The translations under genes were made by a program, and so were the position numbers. Under the pieces are notes generated by a model, which saw only the letters and a program-made list of their open reading frames with translations, did no database searches and was not told the DNA's origin. This document shows positions 8,538-15,761 of a DNA stretch of 39,074 nt, in pieces (position 1 is the stretch's first letter; each line of letters starts with the position of its first letter). The DNA is from Candidatus Omnitrophota bacterium (lineage in GTDB: Bacteria > Omnitrophota > Gorgyraeia > Duberdicusellales > 4484-171). The DNA lies in contig JAFGHG010000142.1 of the NCBI GenBank assembly GCA_016939345.1, forward strand, positions 1-39,074, read 5' to 3'.

Positions 8538-8664
8538 GGTAACGTCTATCGGTTAAGGTTACGATGCCCGTTTCGGTAACGTAGTTCGGTTACGTAAAAT
8601 AATAAAGATAAAGACGTTACCCTAACCTAACTACGATACGGGCTTCGTTACCGTAGCCGTTACC
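8538..8664. repeat. About 127-nt imperfect inverted repeat built from GGT(A/T)ACG / CGTTACC heptamer words
   Basis: GGTAACG or GGTTACG occurs at 8538, 8557, 8575 and 8588. The inverted CGTTACC occurs at 8615, 8646 and 8658. GGTAACGTCT (8538-8547) is the exact reverse complement of AGACGTTACC (8612-8621). The centre is AT-rich. Confidence 0.7.
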
Positions 8665-9139
8665 TACATACGGATAATTGATTGGATATTAATTCTATTA
8701 ATTTAAGGCTGGCTTTACGCCTTATAGCATCTCGGCTGCCTTTTATAAAAAGTTTTTCCGATAAAGATATTTTTTTAAAAGCCAAAGCTATATATACTGT
8801 TCCGACCTTTACTCCTTTTTTGGCCGCCGGTCCGGCAAAACCCACAATAGATACGCCGATGTCAGCGTTAAACAGTTTTTTGACTTTTTTAGCCAAGAAT
8901 AGGGCAATGTCAGCTGATACGCCTTGGGTTTTCTGAAGTGTCGTCAGTGGAAGCTTAAAAAACTTATTTTTTGCCTGGAGAGAATAGACTATCAGCCCGC
9001 CTTTAAAAACCTTTGATGAGCCGGCTGTTTTAGTCAGGATATAACTGAAAAAACCTGCACTGGCTGATTCAGCTGCAGCCAGGGTGAGTTTTCTTTTTTT
9101 TAAACAGGATATTATTTCTTCACAGGCTTTCGCGGCCAT
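8660..9139 (-). CDS. pncC: CinA C-terminal domain protein (nicotinamide-nucleotide amidohydrolase PncC-like)
   Basis: This 159-aa protein has CinA_C-like sequence (LTLAAAESASAGFFSYILT...GGLIVYS...GVSIVGFAGP). Confidence 0.75.
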   Translation of the reverse strand: MAAKACEEIISCLKKRKLTLAAAESASAGFFSYILTKTAGSSKVFKGGLIVYSLQAKNKFFKLPLTTLQKTQGVSADIALFLAKKVKKLFNADIGVSIVGFAGPAAKKGVKVGTVYIALAFKKISLSEKLFIKGSRDAIRRKASLKLIELISNQLSVCR

Positions 9140-9153
9140 ATTTTATCTCCCAC

Positions 9154-11103
9154 TCAATACCGGTCCTCGATCATTATCTCATCATAAACGTCTTTGTTCA
9201 ATTCATTGATAAACATCGAAGGCCTGGTTATTATCGCGCCGTTACGGTAGGTGTATTTTGTCTGGGGATAAGTTATGTGTAAAAGCGATTTTGTCCTGGT
9301 AACAGCCACATAGAAAAGGCGCCGTTCCTCTTCAAGGGCGCTTTCGCTGCCAAGGGATTTGGGATGGGGGAACTCATAATCGCAGAAACCAATAAGGAAA
9401 ACTACTTCCCATTCCAGGCCTTTTGCCTGGTGTATTGTGGAAAGGACCAGGATCTCTTCTTTATCGGACGCTTGGGCCCTGCTTTCACCCTTAAAATCTT
9501 CATAAGTACTGAGGTCAAGAAGGAATTGCTTGATGTCAGGATAATTTGAAGACATTTTGATAAGTTCTTCCAGGTCCTGTATTCTTTCGTCGGCATTATC
9601 AAAAGAGAGGTAACAGTACTCTTTGTATATTTTTAATATTTCATTAAGAGCTGTGACCGGATTCTTTGTCGCCTGGACTTTTGCAAAAAGGGCTGAGAAT
9701 TCTTTAAAGCCATCCCGTTGGCGCTTAGGTAAAGTTTTTGCAGCTGATTCAAGGTCCCGGGTTTTACTGTATTTATCCCAGATCTTATAAGCAAAGCTTC
9801 TGCCTATTCCTTTATGTATGCATATTGCCCTTTTAAAAGACAATTCATCCTGGGAATTGATTGTTATTTTTAAATAGGACAGGACATCCTTTATATGAGC
9901 CTGTTCGAAAAATCGCATGCCTCCCCGTACAATATAGGGAATATTTCTTTTAAGCATCTCCATTTCCAGTTCAAGCGCCTGAAAACGTGAACGGAATAAA
10001 ACTGCCATGTTTTTCAAGGCAATACCTTCACGGTTTAATTCTATTATTCTCTGGCCGATAAACTGAGCCTGTTGGTATACATCTTTGGTTTTGACCAGAT
10101 AGGGGAGCTCCTGAGGGTCTTTTTTCGGCTCAAGGGTCTTGGGAAATTGATTTAAGTTATGCCTGATTATCTCATTAGCCAGATTAAGTATCTGGGGGCT
10201 GGAGCGGTAGTTTATTTCCAGTTTAAATATCTGCGTTCCTTCAAAGACTTTTGGAAAATCAAGTATATTATTTATATCAGCAGCCCGGAAGGAATATATA
10301 GACTGGGCATCATCACCCACCACCAGGATATTTTTATGATGGCAGCTCAAGAGCTTGATTATTTCGAATTGCAGTTTATTAGTGTCCTGATATTCATCTA
10401 CAAGGATATAGCTAAAATTCTGGGAATACTTCTTGCAAATTGCCCCATCTTCCAGAAGATAGAGCCAGTTAGTTAAGAGATCGCTGAAATCCATAACGTT
10501 TGCCGCTTTCTTTTTCTTTTTATAATAGCTGATAATCTTTTTTACTTCGGGAGTGTAGTCTTCAATATGAGAATGAAACCTGTTGATTATCTCATCAGGT
10601 TCCTGCAAAGAGCTTGCTGCCAGGGAATAAATATTGTATATCAGATTTTTTTTGGGGAACATTTTTTCTCTTTTATAAAGCCCCAGATCTTGGAGGCAGT
10701 CCTCAAGCAGGTCGCAGGCATCTTCTTTGTCCACGATTGTAAAATTAGCTGAGAATCCTAATTTTTCAGCCTCCTTGCGCAAGGTGATGTTCCCGATATG
10801 GTGAAAAGTCCCGGACCAGAGATTCTTAAGGCTTGATTTAAGCAGGACCTCAGCCCGGTTTATCATCTCGTTGGCAGCCCGGTTGGTAAAGGTGGCGAGA
10901 AGGATGTTCTCGGTAGGTACACCTTTTGCCAGAAGATAGGCCAGGCGGTAGATCAGGACTCTGGTTTTCCCGCTGCCGGCTCCGGCCAGGACCAAGGAAG
11001 GGCCTTCGGCATCTCTCACTACTCTTAACTGCTGGGTGTTTAAGTTCTGCTCATAATCAATATGGGCGTCTGAAGTAAATGGTTTTAATTTATAGGTTTT
11101 CAT
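9154..11103 (-). CDS. ATP-dependent DNA helicase, UvrD/PcrA/Rep superfamily 1
   Basis: It has Walker A AGAGSGKTRV and helicase motifs (LLATFTNRAANEM, ILVDEYQDTN, VVGDDAQSIYSFRAA, VLSTIHQAKGLEW, YVAVTRTK). Confidence 0.9.
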   Translation of the reverse strand: MKTYKLKPFTSDAHIDYEQNLNTQQLRVVRDAEGPSLVLAGAGSGKTRVLIYRLAYLLAKGVPTENILLATFTNRAANEMINRAEVLLKSSLKNLWSGTFHHIGNITLRKEAEKLGFSANFTIVDKEDACDLLEDCLQDLGLYKREKMFPKKNLIYNIYSLAASSLQEPDEIINRFHSHIEDYTPEVKKIISYYKKKKKAANVMDFSDLLTNWLYLLEDGAICKKYSQNFSYILVDEYQDTNKLQFEIIKLLSCHHKNILVVGDDAQSIYSFRAADINNILDFPKVFEGTQIFKLEINYRSSPQILNLANEIIRHNLNQFPKTLEPKKDPQELPYLVKTKDVYQQAQFIGQRIIELNREGIALKNMAVLFRSRFQALELEMEMLKRNIPYIVRGGMRFFEQAHIKDVLSYLKITINSQDELSFKRAICIHKGIGRSFAYKIWDKYSKTRDLESAAKTLPKRQRDGFKEFSALFAKVQATKNPVTALNEILKIYKEYCYLSFDNADERIQDLEELIKMSSNYPDIKQFLLDLSTYEDFKGESRAQASDKEEILVLSTIHQAKGLEWEVVFLIGFCDYEFPHPKSLGSESALEEERRLFYVAVTRTKSLLHITYPQTKYTYRNGAIITRPSMFINELNKDVYDEIMIEDRY

Positions 11104-11201
11104 ATTTTGATGATTTTAAATAATAAACCGGCTTTATCTTATCATAATAAATACAAAGATAAAGAAATTTTGGTCCAGCCGCACATAAAACCGGGGATTT
11201 A

Positions 11202-11210
11202 TGGTATAAT
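11202..11210 (+). promoter_or_regulatory. Extended -10 element TGGTATAAT
   Basis: The element ends 6 nt before the ATG at 11217. This implies a leaderless or near-leaderless transcript for the small lipoprotein ORF. Confidence 0.35.
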
Positions 11211-11216
11211 AGCAAT

Positions 11217-11405
11217 ATGAAAAAAATCATTTTTATATTATCAATCTGTATTTTTTTCTGCGGTTGCTTACCCAAGAAAGTTAATCCTGAATGGAAGGAC
11301 AGCAACTTAACCAAGCAGAAGTACTTAAAAGGCAAAATGAAGCGGGCAGAACTCCATGATAACACGAAAAGGTTTTTGCATAGGCTCTGGGACCCTTCCT
11401 GGTAA
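11217..11405 (+). CDS. Small putative lipoprotein (62 aa)
   Basis: It has an N-terminal KK, a hydrophobic core and an FFCGC lipobox-like cysteine. There is no SD. An extended -10 (TGGTATAAT) ends 6 nt before the ATG. Confidence 0.4.
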   Translation: MKKIIFILSICIFFCGCLPKKVNPEWKDSNLTKQKYLKGKMKRAELHDNTKRFLHRLWDPSW

Positions 11406-11437
11406 TGCCTCGGCAGTGGCCGCCGGCCATATAGGCG

Positions 11438-11466
11438 TTGACAGGCGTAATCTATGATGATACAAT
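11438..11466 (+). promoter_or_regulatory. Sigma-70-type promoter (TTGACA-17 nt-TACAAT)
   Basis: The -35 is a perfect TTGACA at 11438-11443. The spacer is 17 nt and the -10 is TACAAT at 11461-11466. It lies about 80 nt upstream of the ACT-domain gene. Confidence 0.6.
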
Positions 11467-11547
11467 CTCGTAAATTGTTGTTAAATTAAGATATCAGATA
11501 TTAGGTTTTAGGCAATTGTAGTAACATTTTCATTGAGGAGGTAAGCA

Positions 11548-11955
11548 ATGAAAGCAAAGCTGGCAGAAGAACTTCTACTTATAACTCAAAATAGAGTAGG
11601 AAAGTTGGCAGAGATCTCAAGGACTATTAAAGATAATGGTATTAATATTATGGCTATTTCGGCATGGGCATTTGACGACCAGGCTTTTTTCAGAATTGTC
11701 GCTTCCGATCATATAAAAGCAAAAGAGATCCTTGAGAGCATAGGAAAGGTCGAGATAAAGAAAATAGTTATTGCTGAGATGCCCGATGAAGTCGGCCAGC
11801 TTCTCGAATTAGCTTCCCGGCTTAAAGACAACGATATAGACCTTAATTATGTTTACGGTACTACTGCTGAGGTGGGCAAGCCGGCAACCATTATCTTTTC
11901 TTCCAACAATGACATCAAAGCCCTTGATGTCATTGCTGCTAAATCAGCTATTTAG
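11548..11955 (+). CDS. ACT-domain (amino-acid-binding) protein, tandem ACT
   Basis: This 135-aa protein shows two ACT-like repeats (ITQNRVGKLAEISRTIKDNGINI and EMPDEVGQLLELASRLKDNDIDL). The SD is strong (GAGGAGG) and a consensus promoter lies upstream. Confidence 0.65.
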   Translation: MKAKLAEELLLITQNRVGKLAEISRTIKDNGINIMAISAWAFDDQAFFRIVASDHIKAKEILESIGKVEIKKIVIAEMPDEVGQLLELASRLKDNDIDLNYVYGTTAEVGKPATIIFSSNNDIKALDVIAAKSAI

Positions 11956-11974
11956 CAAAGCCTAGATTAATTGC

Positions 11975-13183
11975 ATGACAATTCTCTTTCCAGAAGGTTT
12001 TTTTTGGGGTGCTGCACTTTCAAGTTACCAATCTGAAGGAGGAAACATTAATACTGATTGGGCTCATTGGGAGAAGGAGCACGCCCTGGAGAAGGCTGCT
12101 GCTGCCTGTGATCATTATAACCGCTTTAAAGAAGATTTTAATCTTGCCAGATCAATGCATCTAAATTCGCTTCGTTTGTCATTTGAATGGGCCAGGGTAA
12201 ATCCAGAACCCGATGTTTTTTCTTCAGAAAGTCTTCAGCACTACAACCAGGTTGTCGATGAACTTTTAAATTTTAAGTTAAAGCCGTTTCTTACCCTTCA
12301 TCATTTTACAAATCCGGATTGGTTTATGAAGAAAGGCGGCTGGTTGAATCCGGCTAACATCGATTTTTTTATAAGCTATGTAAGGAATATCGCCCAGGCT
12401 TTAAAAGGGAAAGTTGAATATTGGATAGTATTTAACGAGCCCCTGGTCTATATTTATCACGGATATATAACCGGTATCTGGCCCCCCGGCATCAGAAACT
12501 TTGGCCAGGCAAAAAAAGCCATGGATAATATATTAAAAGCCTATGCTTACAGCTACCAGGAGATAAAACAAACCTCCAGCCGGGAGTTTCAGCCCCTGGT
12601 TTCTATTGCCAAGCACATCCGTTTTTTTTCTCCCTGCACTCAAGGATCGGGCCTGCTTAATTGCTTCAGCAGCTTCTTAAGGGATAAATATTTTAATATC
12701 AATCTTATCGAGCACTTAAAAAAGAGAAAAATCTTAGATTATCTGGCTATAAACTACTATTGCAAAGAATATGTGCAGTTTAAAGGCATATTCGGCAGAG
12801 AGTGCAGCCATGATTTTCATCCCGAGAGAAGAAATAACGTAGGCTGGTATGTTTCTCCCGAGGGTTTTTATGATACCTTGATAAGGCTAAAAAGATACCG
12901 GCTTCCTATTTTTGTCAGCGAGAACGGGACTGCCGAGAGCCAGGAGTACCTTTATAAAGAATATCTAGAGGCTCATCTTCAATCTTTGGCCAGAGCCTGT
13001 TCAAAAGGAGTGGACTTGCGAGGCTATTTTTGGTGGTCTTTGTTTGATAATTTTGAATGGGAAAAAGGATACGGCCCAAGATTCGGCTTGTATGAGGTCG
13101 ACTATAAAGATTTCAGGCGCTACCCAAGGCCTTATTCTTCCTTTTATGCTGATGTTTGTAAATACAATAAGATCGAAGTATAA
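11975..13183 (+). CDS. Glycoside hydrolase family 1 beta-glucosidase
   Basis: It has the GH1 N-terminal signature FPEGFFWGAALSSYQSEGG, the acid/base NEP (VFNEPLVY) and the nucleophile ENG (FVSENGTAE). Confidence 0.85.
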   Translation: MTILFPEGFFWGAALSSYQSEGGNINTDWAHWEKEHALEKAAAACDHYNRFKEDFNLARSMHLNSLRLSFEWARVNPEPDVFSSESLQHYNQVVDELLNFKLKPFLTLHHFTNPDWFMKKGGWLNPANIDFFISYVRNIAQALKGKVEYWIVFNEPLVYIYHGYITGIWPPGIRNFGQAKKAMDNILKAYAYSYQEIKQTSSREFQPLVSIAKHIRFFSPCTQGSGLLNCFSSFLRDKYFNINLIEHLKKRKILDYLAINYYCKEYVQFKGIFGRECSHDFHPERRNNVGWYVSPEGFYDTLIRLKRYRLPIFVSENGTAESQEYLYKEYLEAHLQSLARACSKGVDLRGYFWWSLFDNFEWEKGYGPRFGLYEVDYKDFRRYPRPYSSFYADVCKYNKIEV

Positions 13184-13209
13184 TAATAAAATATGAAGGG
13201 CCAAAAAGC

Positions 13210-13914
13210 ATGGTTAAGTATTTAATATTTGGGTTAACACTTGTTCAGTTGTTTAATATTATGCCTTCAGCAGAAGCTAAAAGCATTGAAGAAAGGCTTC
13301 AAGGTAAGAAAAAAATTTCTTACAGCGTGTCTTTTAACGGCATGTCTTCAGGAGATATCGAATGGGAATACCTTGGAAAAGAAAAGATTGACGGCAAAGA
13401 AGTAGAGGTGCTTTCCGTAAATTCAGACACTACAATACTCAATTTATTCGATCTTACCAGCAAAGAGAAAGTTTATCTAGACCCCAGCACTTATCTGCCG
13501 TATAAGGTTGAGAGAGATTTAAAGGTCTTTGGCAAGGATGAAGTTGTCCAGGAGTATTATAATCAGGAAAAAGGTTATGTGAAGCTGGTCAGAAATGACG
13601 GCCAGGAAAAGGTTGATATCCTAAAACAGGATAAACCCATACATAACATACTTGCCCTGCTTTATTTCTTCCCCGATAATATAGCCTTCGAGTCAGGTAA
13701 ATGGCTTGATTTTAACCTGCCTACGCAGAAGATAAAGATCAAGATGGTAAAGGAAAGGTTTCTCAATGTTGACAGCCAAAAGAAAGAGACCTATTTTTTA
13801 CTGGGCCGGGGGGCGAAACATTTTAGCCTCTGGCTGGATAAAAAAAATAGCCTGCCTTTGAGATTGGAATTTGTCTTCCCGGTGGGAAAAGTTGTAATCA
13901 GCCCTAAAGATTAA
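13210..13914 (+). CDS. Secreted hypothetical protein (possibly DUF3108-like)
   Basis: It has a signal peptide (LFNIMPSAEAK) and beta-rich sequence. The family assignment is tentative. Confidence 0.55.
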   Translation: MVKYLIFGLTLVQLFNIMPSAEAKSIEERLQGKKKISYSVSFNGMSSGDIEWEYLGKEKIDGKEVEVLSVNSDTTILNLFDLTSKEKVYLDPSTYLPYKVERDLKVFGKDEVVQEYYNQEKGYVKLVRNDGQEKVDILKQDKPIHNILALLYFFPDNIAFESGKWLDFNLPTQKIKIKMVKERFLNVDSQKKETYFLLGRGAKHFSLWLDKKNSLPLRLEFVFPVGKVVISPKD

Positions 13915-13939
13915 ATCCCCTTATTAAAATTTAAAAAAG

Positions 13940-14962
13940 CTATTTGGCCACTATCAGGGAATTTCTGCCGCCGAAATGGTCATTTTCAGTCAGCTTATTA
14001 TAGGGATCAGGAAACCATTTATTCGAGGCAACAAACTTATAACGGTAAGTGCCTTTTTCAAGAGGAAGATTGATGCTCCAGATATCGCTGCTTACCCGGT
14101 TCAGCCTGTAAGCTTCTGTTAGTTTCCAATTATTAAAATCACCAACCACATATACATTGTCGAAGTCTTTGCCTTTTAAGAACAGTGATGCCCAGGTGTT
14201 CCTGTTGGTAATACCTACAATTTCATCAGTCAGGCCGCTGAAGTCTTCGGCCCCCCGGGATTTGGGTTTATAATCGAATATGTTCTTGCCTTTTGAGGCA
14301 GCTTCCCTTAGATGAACATTGGTGCGGATACTTGATTTAAGCAGTAATCTATCCAGGCGGTTCTTTACCTTTTGAATAAAGTCGCGCGAAAAAGTCGAGC
14401 GGTTGTCTACTTGGTTAAGCAGGAAAAAGGGTGTCGGTGAAGTACCGTTAAACTCTTTAACCATTATCATAATATTTTTTAGTATTTCCATTCCCTGCAG
14501 TGAAAAATCACAGGCCATAAGAGGTATAAGGGCATAGTTGCTTGCGACCAGGGAATTAAGAGTTAATATCCCAAGATTAGGCGGACAGTCTACCACAACG
14601 TATTCGAATTCTTTTAAATATTTGCTTGCCAGCATGGCTATGATTTTTAATTTATCCGGATTATTGGATAATTTATGTTCTAAAGAAGCAAGTCCTATGG
14701 AAGAGGATATAAGCGAAAAATTGTCATTTATAACGGTTGTGCATTTATCGAGCTCGAAAGGCTCATTAACGGCCACTTTTTCAGCTATATCAGCTATAGT
14801 GACTTCGGTATTACCTGACAGAGCAAAACTTGCATGACCTTGAGGGTCAAGGTCGATCAAAAGAACTTTATGCCCTTTTTTACTTAGGCCGGCAGACAAA
14901 TTAACAGCGGTTATGGTCTTTCCGCAGCCGCCTTTTTGGTTTAAGACAGATATAACATTCAT
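13940..14962 (-). CDS. ParA/MinD-family ATPase fused to a C-terminal CBM48 / AMPK-beta-type glycogen-binding module
   Basis: A deviant Walker A (VLNQKGGCGKTITAVNL) and DLDPQG mark the ParA part. The C-terminus VYVVGDFNNWK...GTYRYKFVASNKWFPDPYN...FGGRNSLI resembles the AMPK1_CBM/CBM48 consensus. I chose the ATG at 14962, which is preceded by AAAGGAGG, not the track start at 15007. Confidence 0.85.
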   Translation of the reverse strand: MNVISVLNQKGGCGKTITAVNLSAGLSKKGHKVLLIDLDPQGHASFALSGNTEVTIADIAEKVAVNEPFELDKCTTVINDNFSLISSSIGLASLEHKLSNNPDKLKIIAMLASKYLKEFEYVVVDCPPNLGILTLNSLVASNYALIPLMACDFSLQGMEILKNIMIMVKEFNGTSPTPFFLLNQVDNRSTFSRDFIQKVKNRLDRLLLKSSIRTNVHLREAASKGKNIFDYKPKSRGAEDFSGLTDEIVGITNRNTWASLFLKGKDFDNVYVVGDFNNWKLTEAYRLNRVSSDIWSINLPLEKGTYRYKFVASNKWFPDPYNKLTENDHFGGRNSLIVAK

Positions 14963-15657
14963 ATATCCTCCTTTTTCGAAAGAGTTATGTCTTTGATAAT
15001 AAGCCATTTTTTCCGCCAGTCACTGGTTATTACTTTTATATCATCGGCTTCCGGGTCCGGACGGGAAAAAAATACTTTGATCTGTTTTATTCTGGATAAA
15101 TTAACCTTATTGATTTTGTTAGTATCCAGAGGAAGGGGTATTTTTATGAATGATCCTGAATTTTGAGAGTCGATTTTTACCTGGACCGGAAGCCTTACGT
15201 TCGAAAAGAAATTAGCATCTTTAACGATTACATCAATAGATAAAGGCTCTGTTGCGTTTTTTATCCAAAGATTAAGGTTGTTGGCATAAAGATTTTGTTC
15301 TTTATTGAAGTTAAAGGCCACGCCTGTTTTATCTGCCTCTGGTATCAATAGAAAGACGGAGGAGCTGGTTTTTTTAAAGAGGTCTTTGTCCTGGTTTATA
15401 GGTACTATAGAGGAAAACTGGTTTGTCTCGATCAGATCATGCTGGCTTGATACTTCTTGGGATGATTTAGGTATGAAGACAAGTTCGAAGTTAAGCAAGA
15501 AAAGAGAGATAATGATAGCTATGCCTACAGGAATAAAAATAAAAAATATTTTTTTCTTACCTGTCTTTTTACTGGAAGCAGTTGAAAAAAAAGCTTCCTG
15601 TAGGCGTTTAGAATCTACGTCTACGTAGTCAAAAAATGACCCCGGCCCTTTATTCAC
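14959..15657 (-). CDS. Single-pass membrane protein with a beta-rich extracytoplasmic domain (possibly CBM/jelly-roll-like)
   Basis: It has a basic N-terminal tail, a TM segment (IFFIFIPVGIAIIISLFLL) and a C-terminal beta-rich domain. Its TGA stop overlaps the ParA-CBM48 ATG (ATATGA). The start is GTG with no SD, so the start position is uncertain. Confidence 0.55.
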   Translation of the reverse strand: MNKGPGSFFDYVDVDSKRLQEAFFSTASSKKTGKKKIFFIFIPVGIAIIISLFLLNFELVFIPKSSQEVSSQHDLIETNQFSSIVPINQDKDLFKKTSSSVFLLIPEADKTGVAFNFNKEQNLYANNLNLWIKNATEPLSIDVIVKDANFFSNVRLPVQVKIDSQNSGSFIKIPLPLDTNKINKVNLSRIKQIKVFFSRPDPEADDIKVITSDWRKKWLIIKDITLSKKEDI

Positions 15658-15725
15658 GGATATATATTATCATTGAAAGTAAAAAAAATCAACTATATAA
15701 TATGATAATATTAATAACTTTTTAG

Positions 15726-15755
15726 TTTCAACTTTCAACTTATAAACTGTAAAAC
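15726..15755 (+). repeat. Tandem 7-8-nt repeats TTTCAAC TTTCAAC TTATAAAC TGTAAAAC just upstream of lpxA
   Basis: I read the repeat directly from the sequence. It ends 6 nt before the lpxA ATG. Confidence 0.55.
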
Positions 15756-15761
15756 AAAAAA

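Noticed and set aside
8538-8664. Whether the clustered GGTAACG/CGTTACC repeats could be a CRISPR array or a tRNA-like gene.
   Set aside because: The repeat words are only 7 nt long, irregularly spaced (12-31 nt) and arranged as an inverted repeat. No cas genes are present, and there is no cloverleaf or conserved tRNA boxes.
11411-11436. A GC-rich palindrome, TGGCCGCCGGCCA, after the small lipoprotein ORF, considered as a terminator.
   Set aside because: The stem is only about 5 bp with a 3-nt loop, and no U-tract follows. It sits immediately upstream of the -35 box of the next promoter, so the evidence is insufficient.
11530-11543. An identical 14-mer, TCATTGAGGAGGTA, sits immediately upstream of both the ACT-domain gene (11530-11543) and ilvC (28479-28492).
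   Set aside because: It consists mostly of the consensus SD (GAGGAGG) plus a few flanking bases. It is probably convergent optimisation of strong ribosome-binding sites rather than a shared regulatory element.
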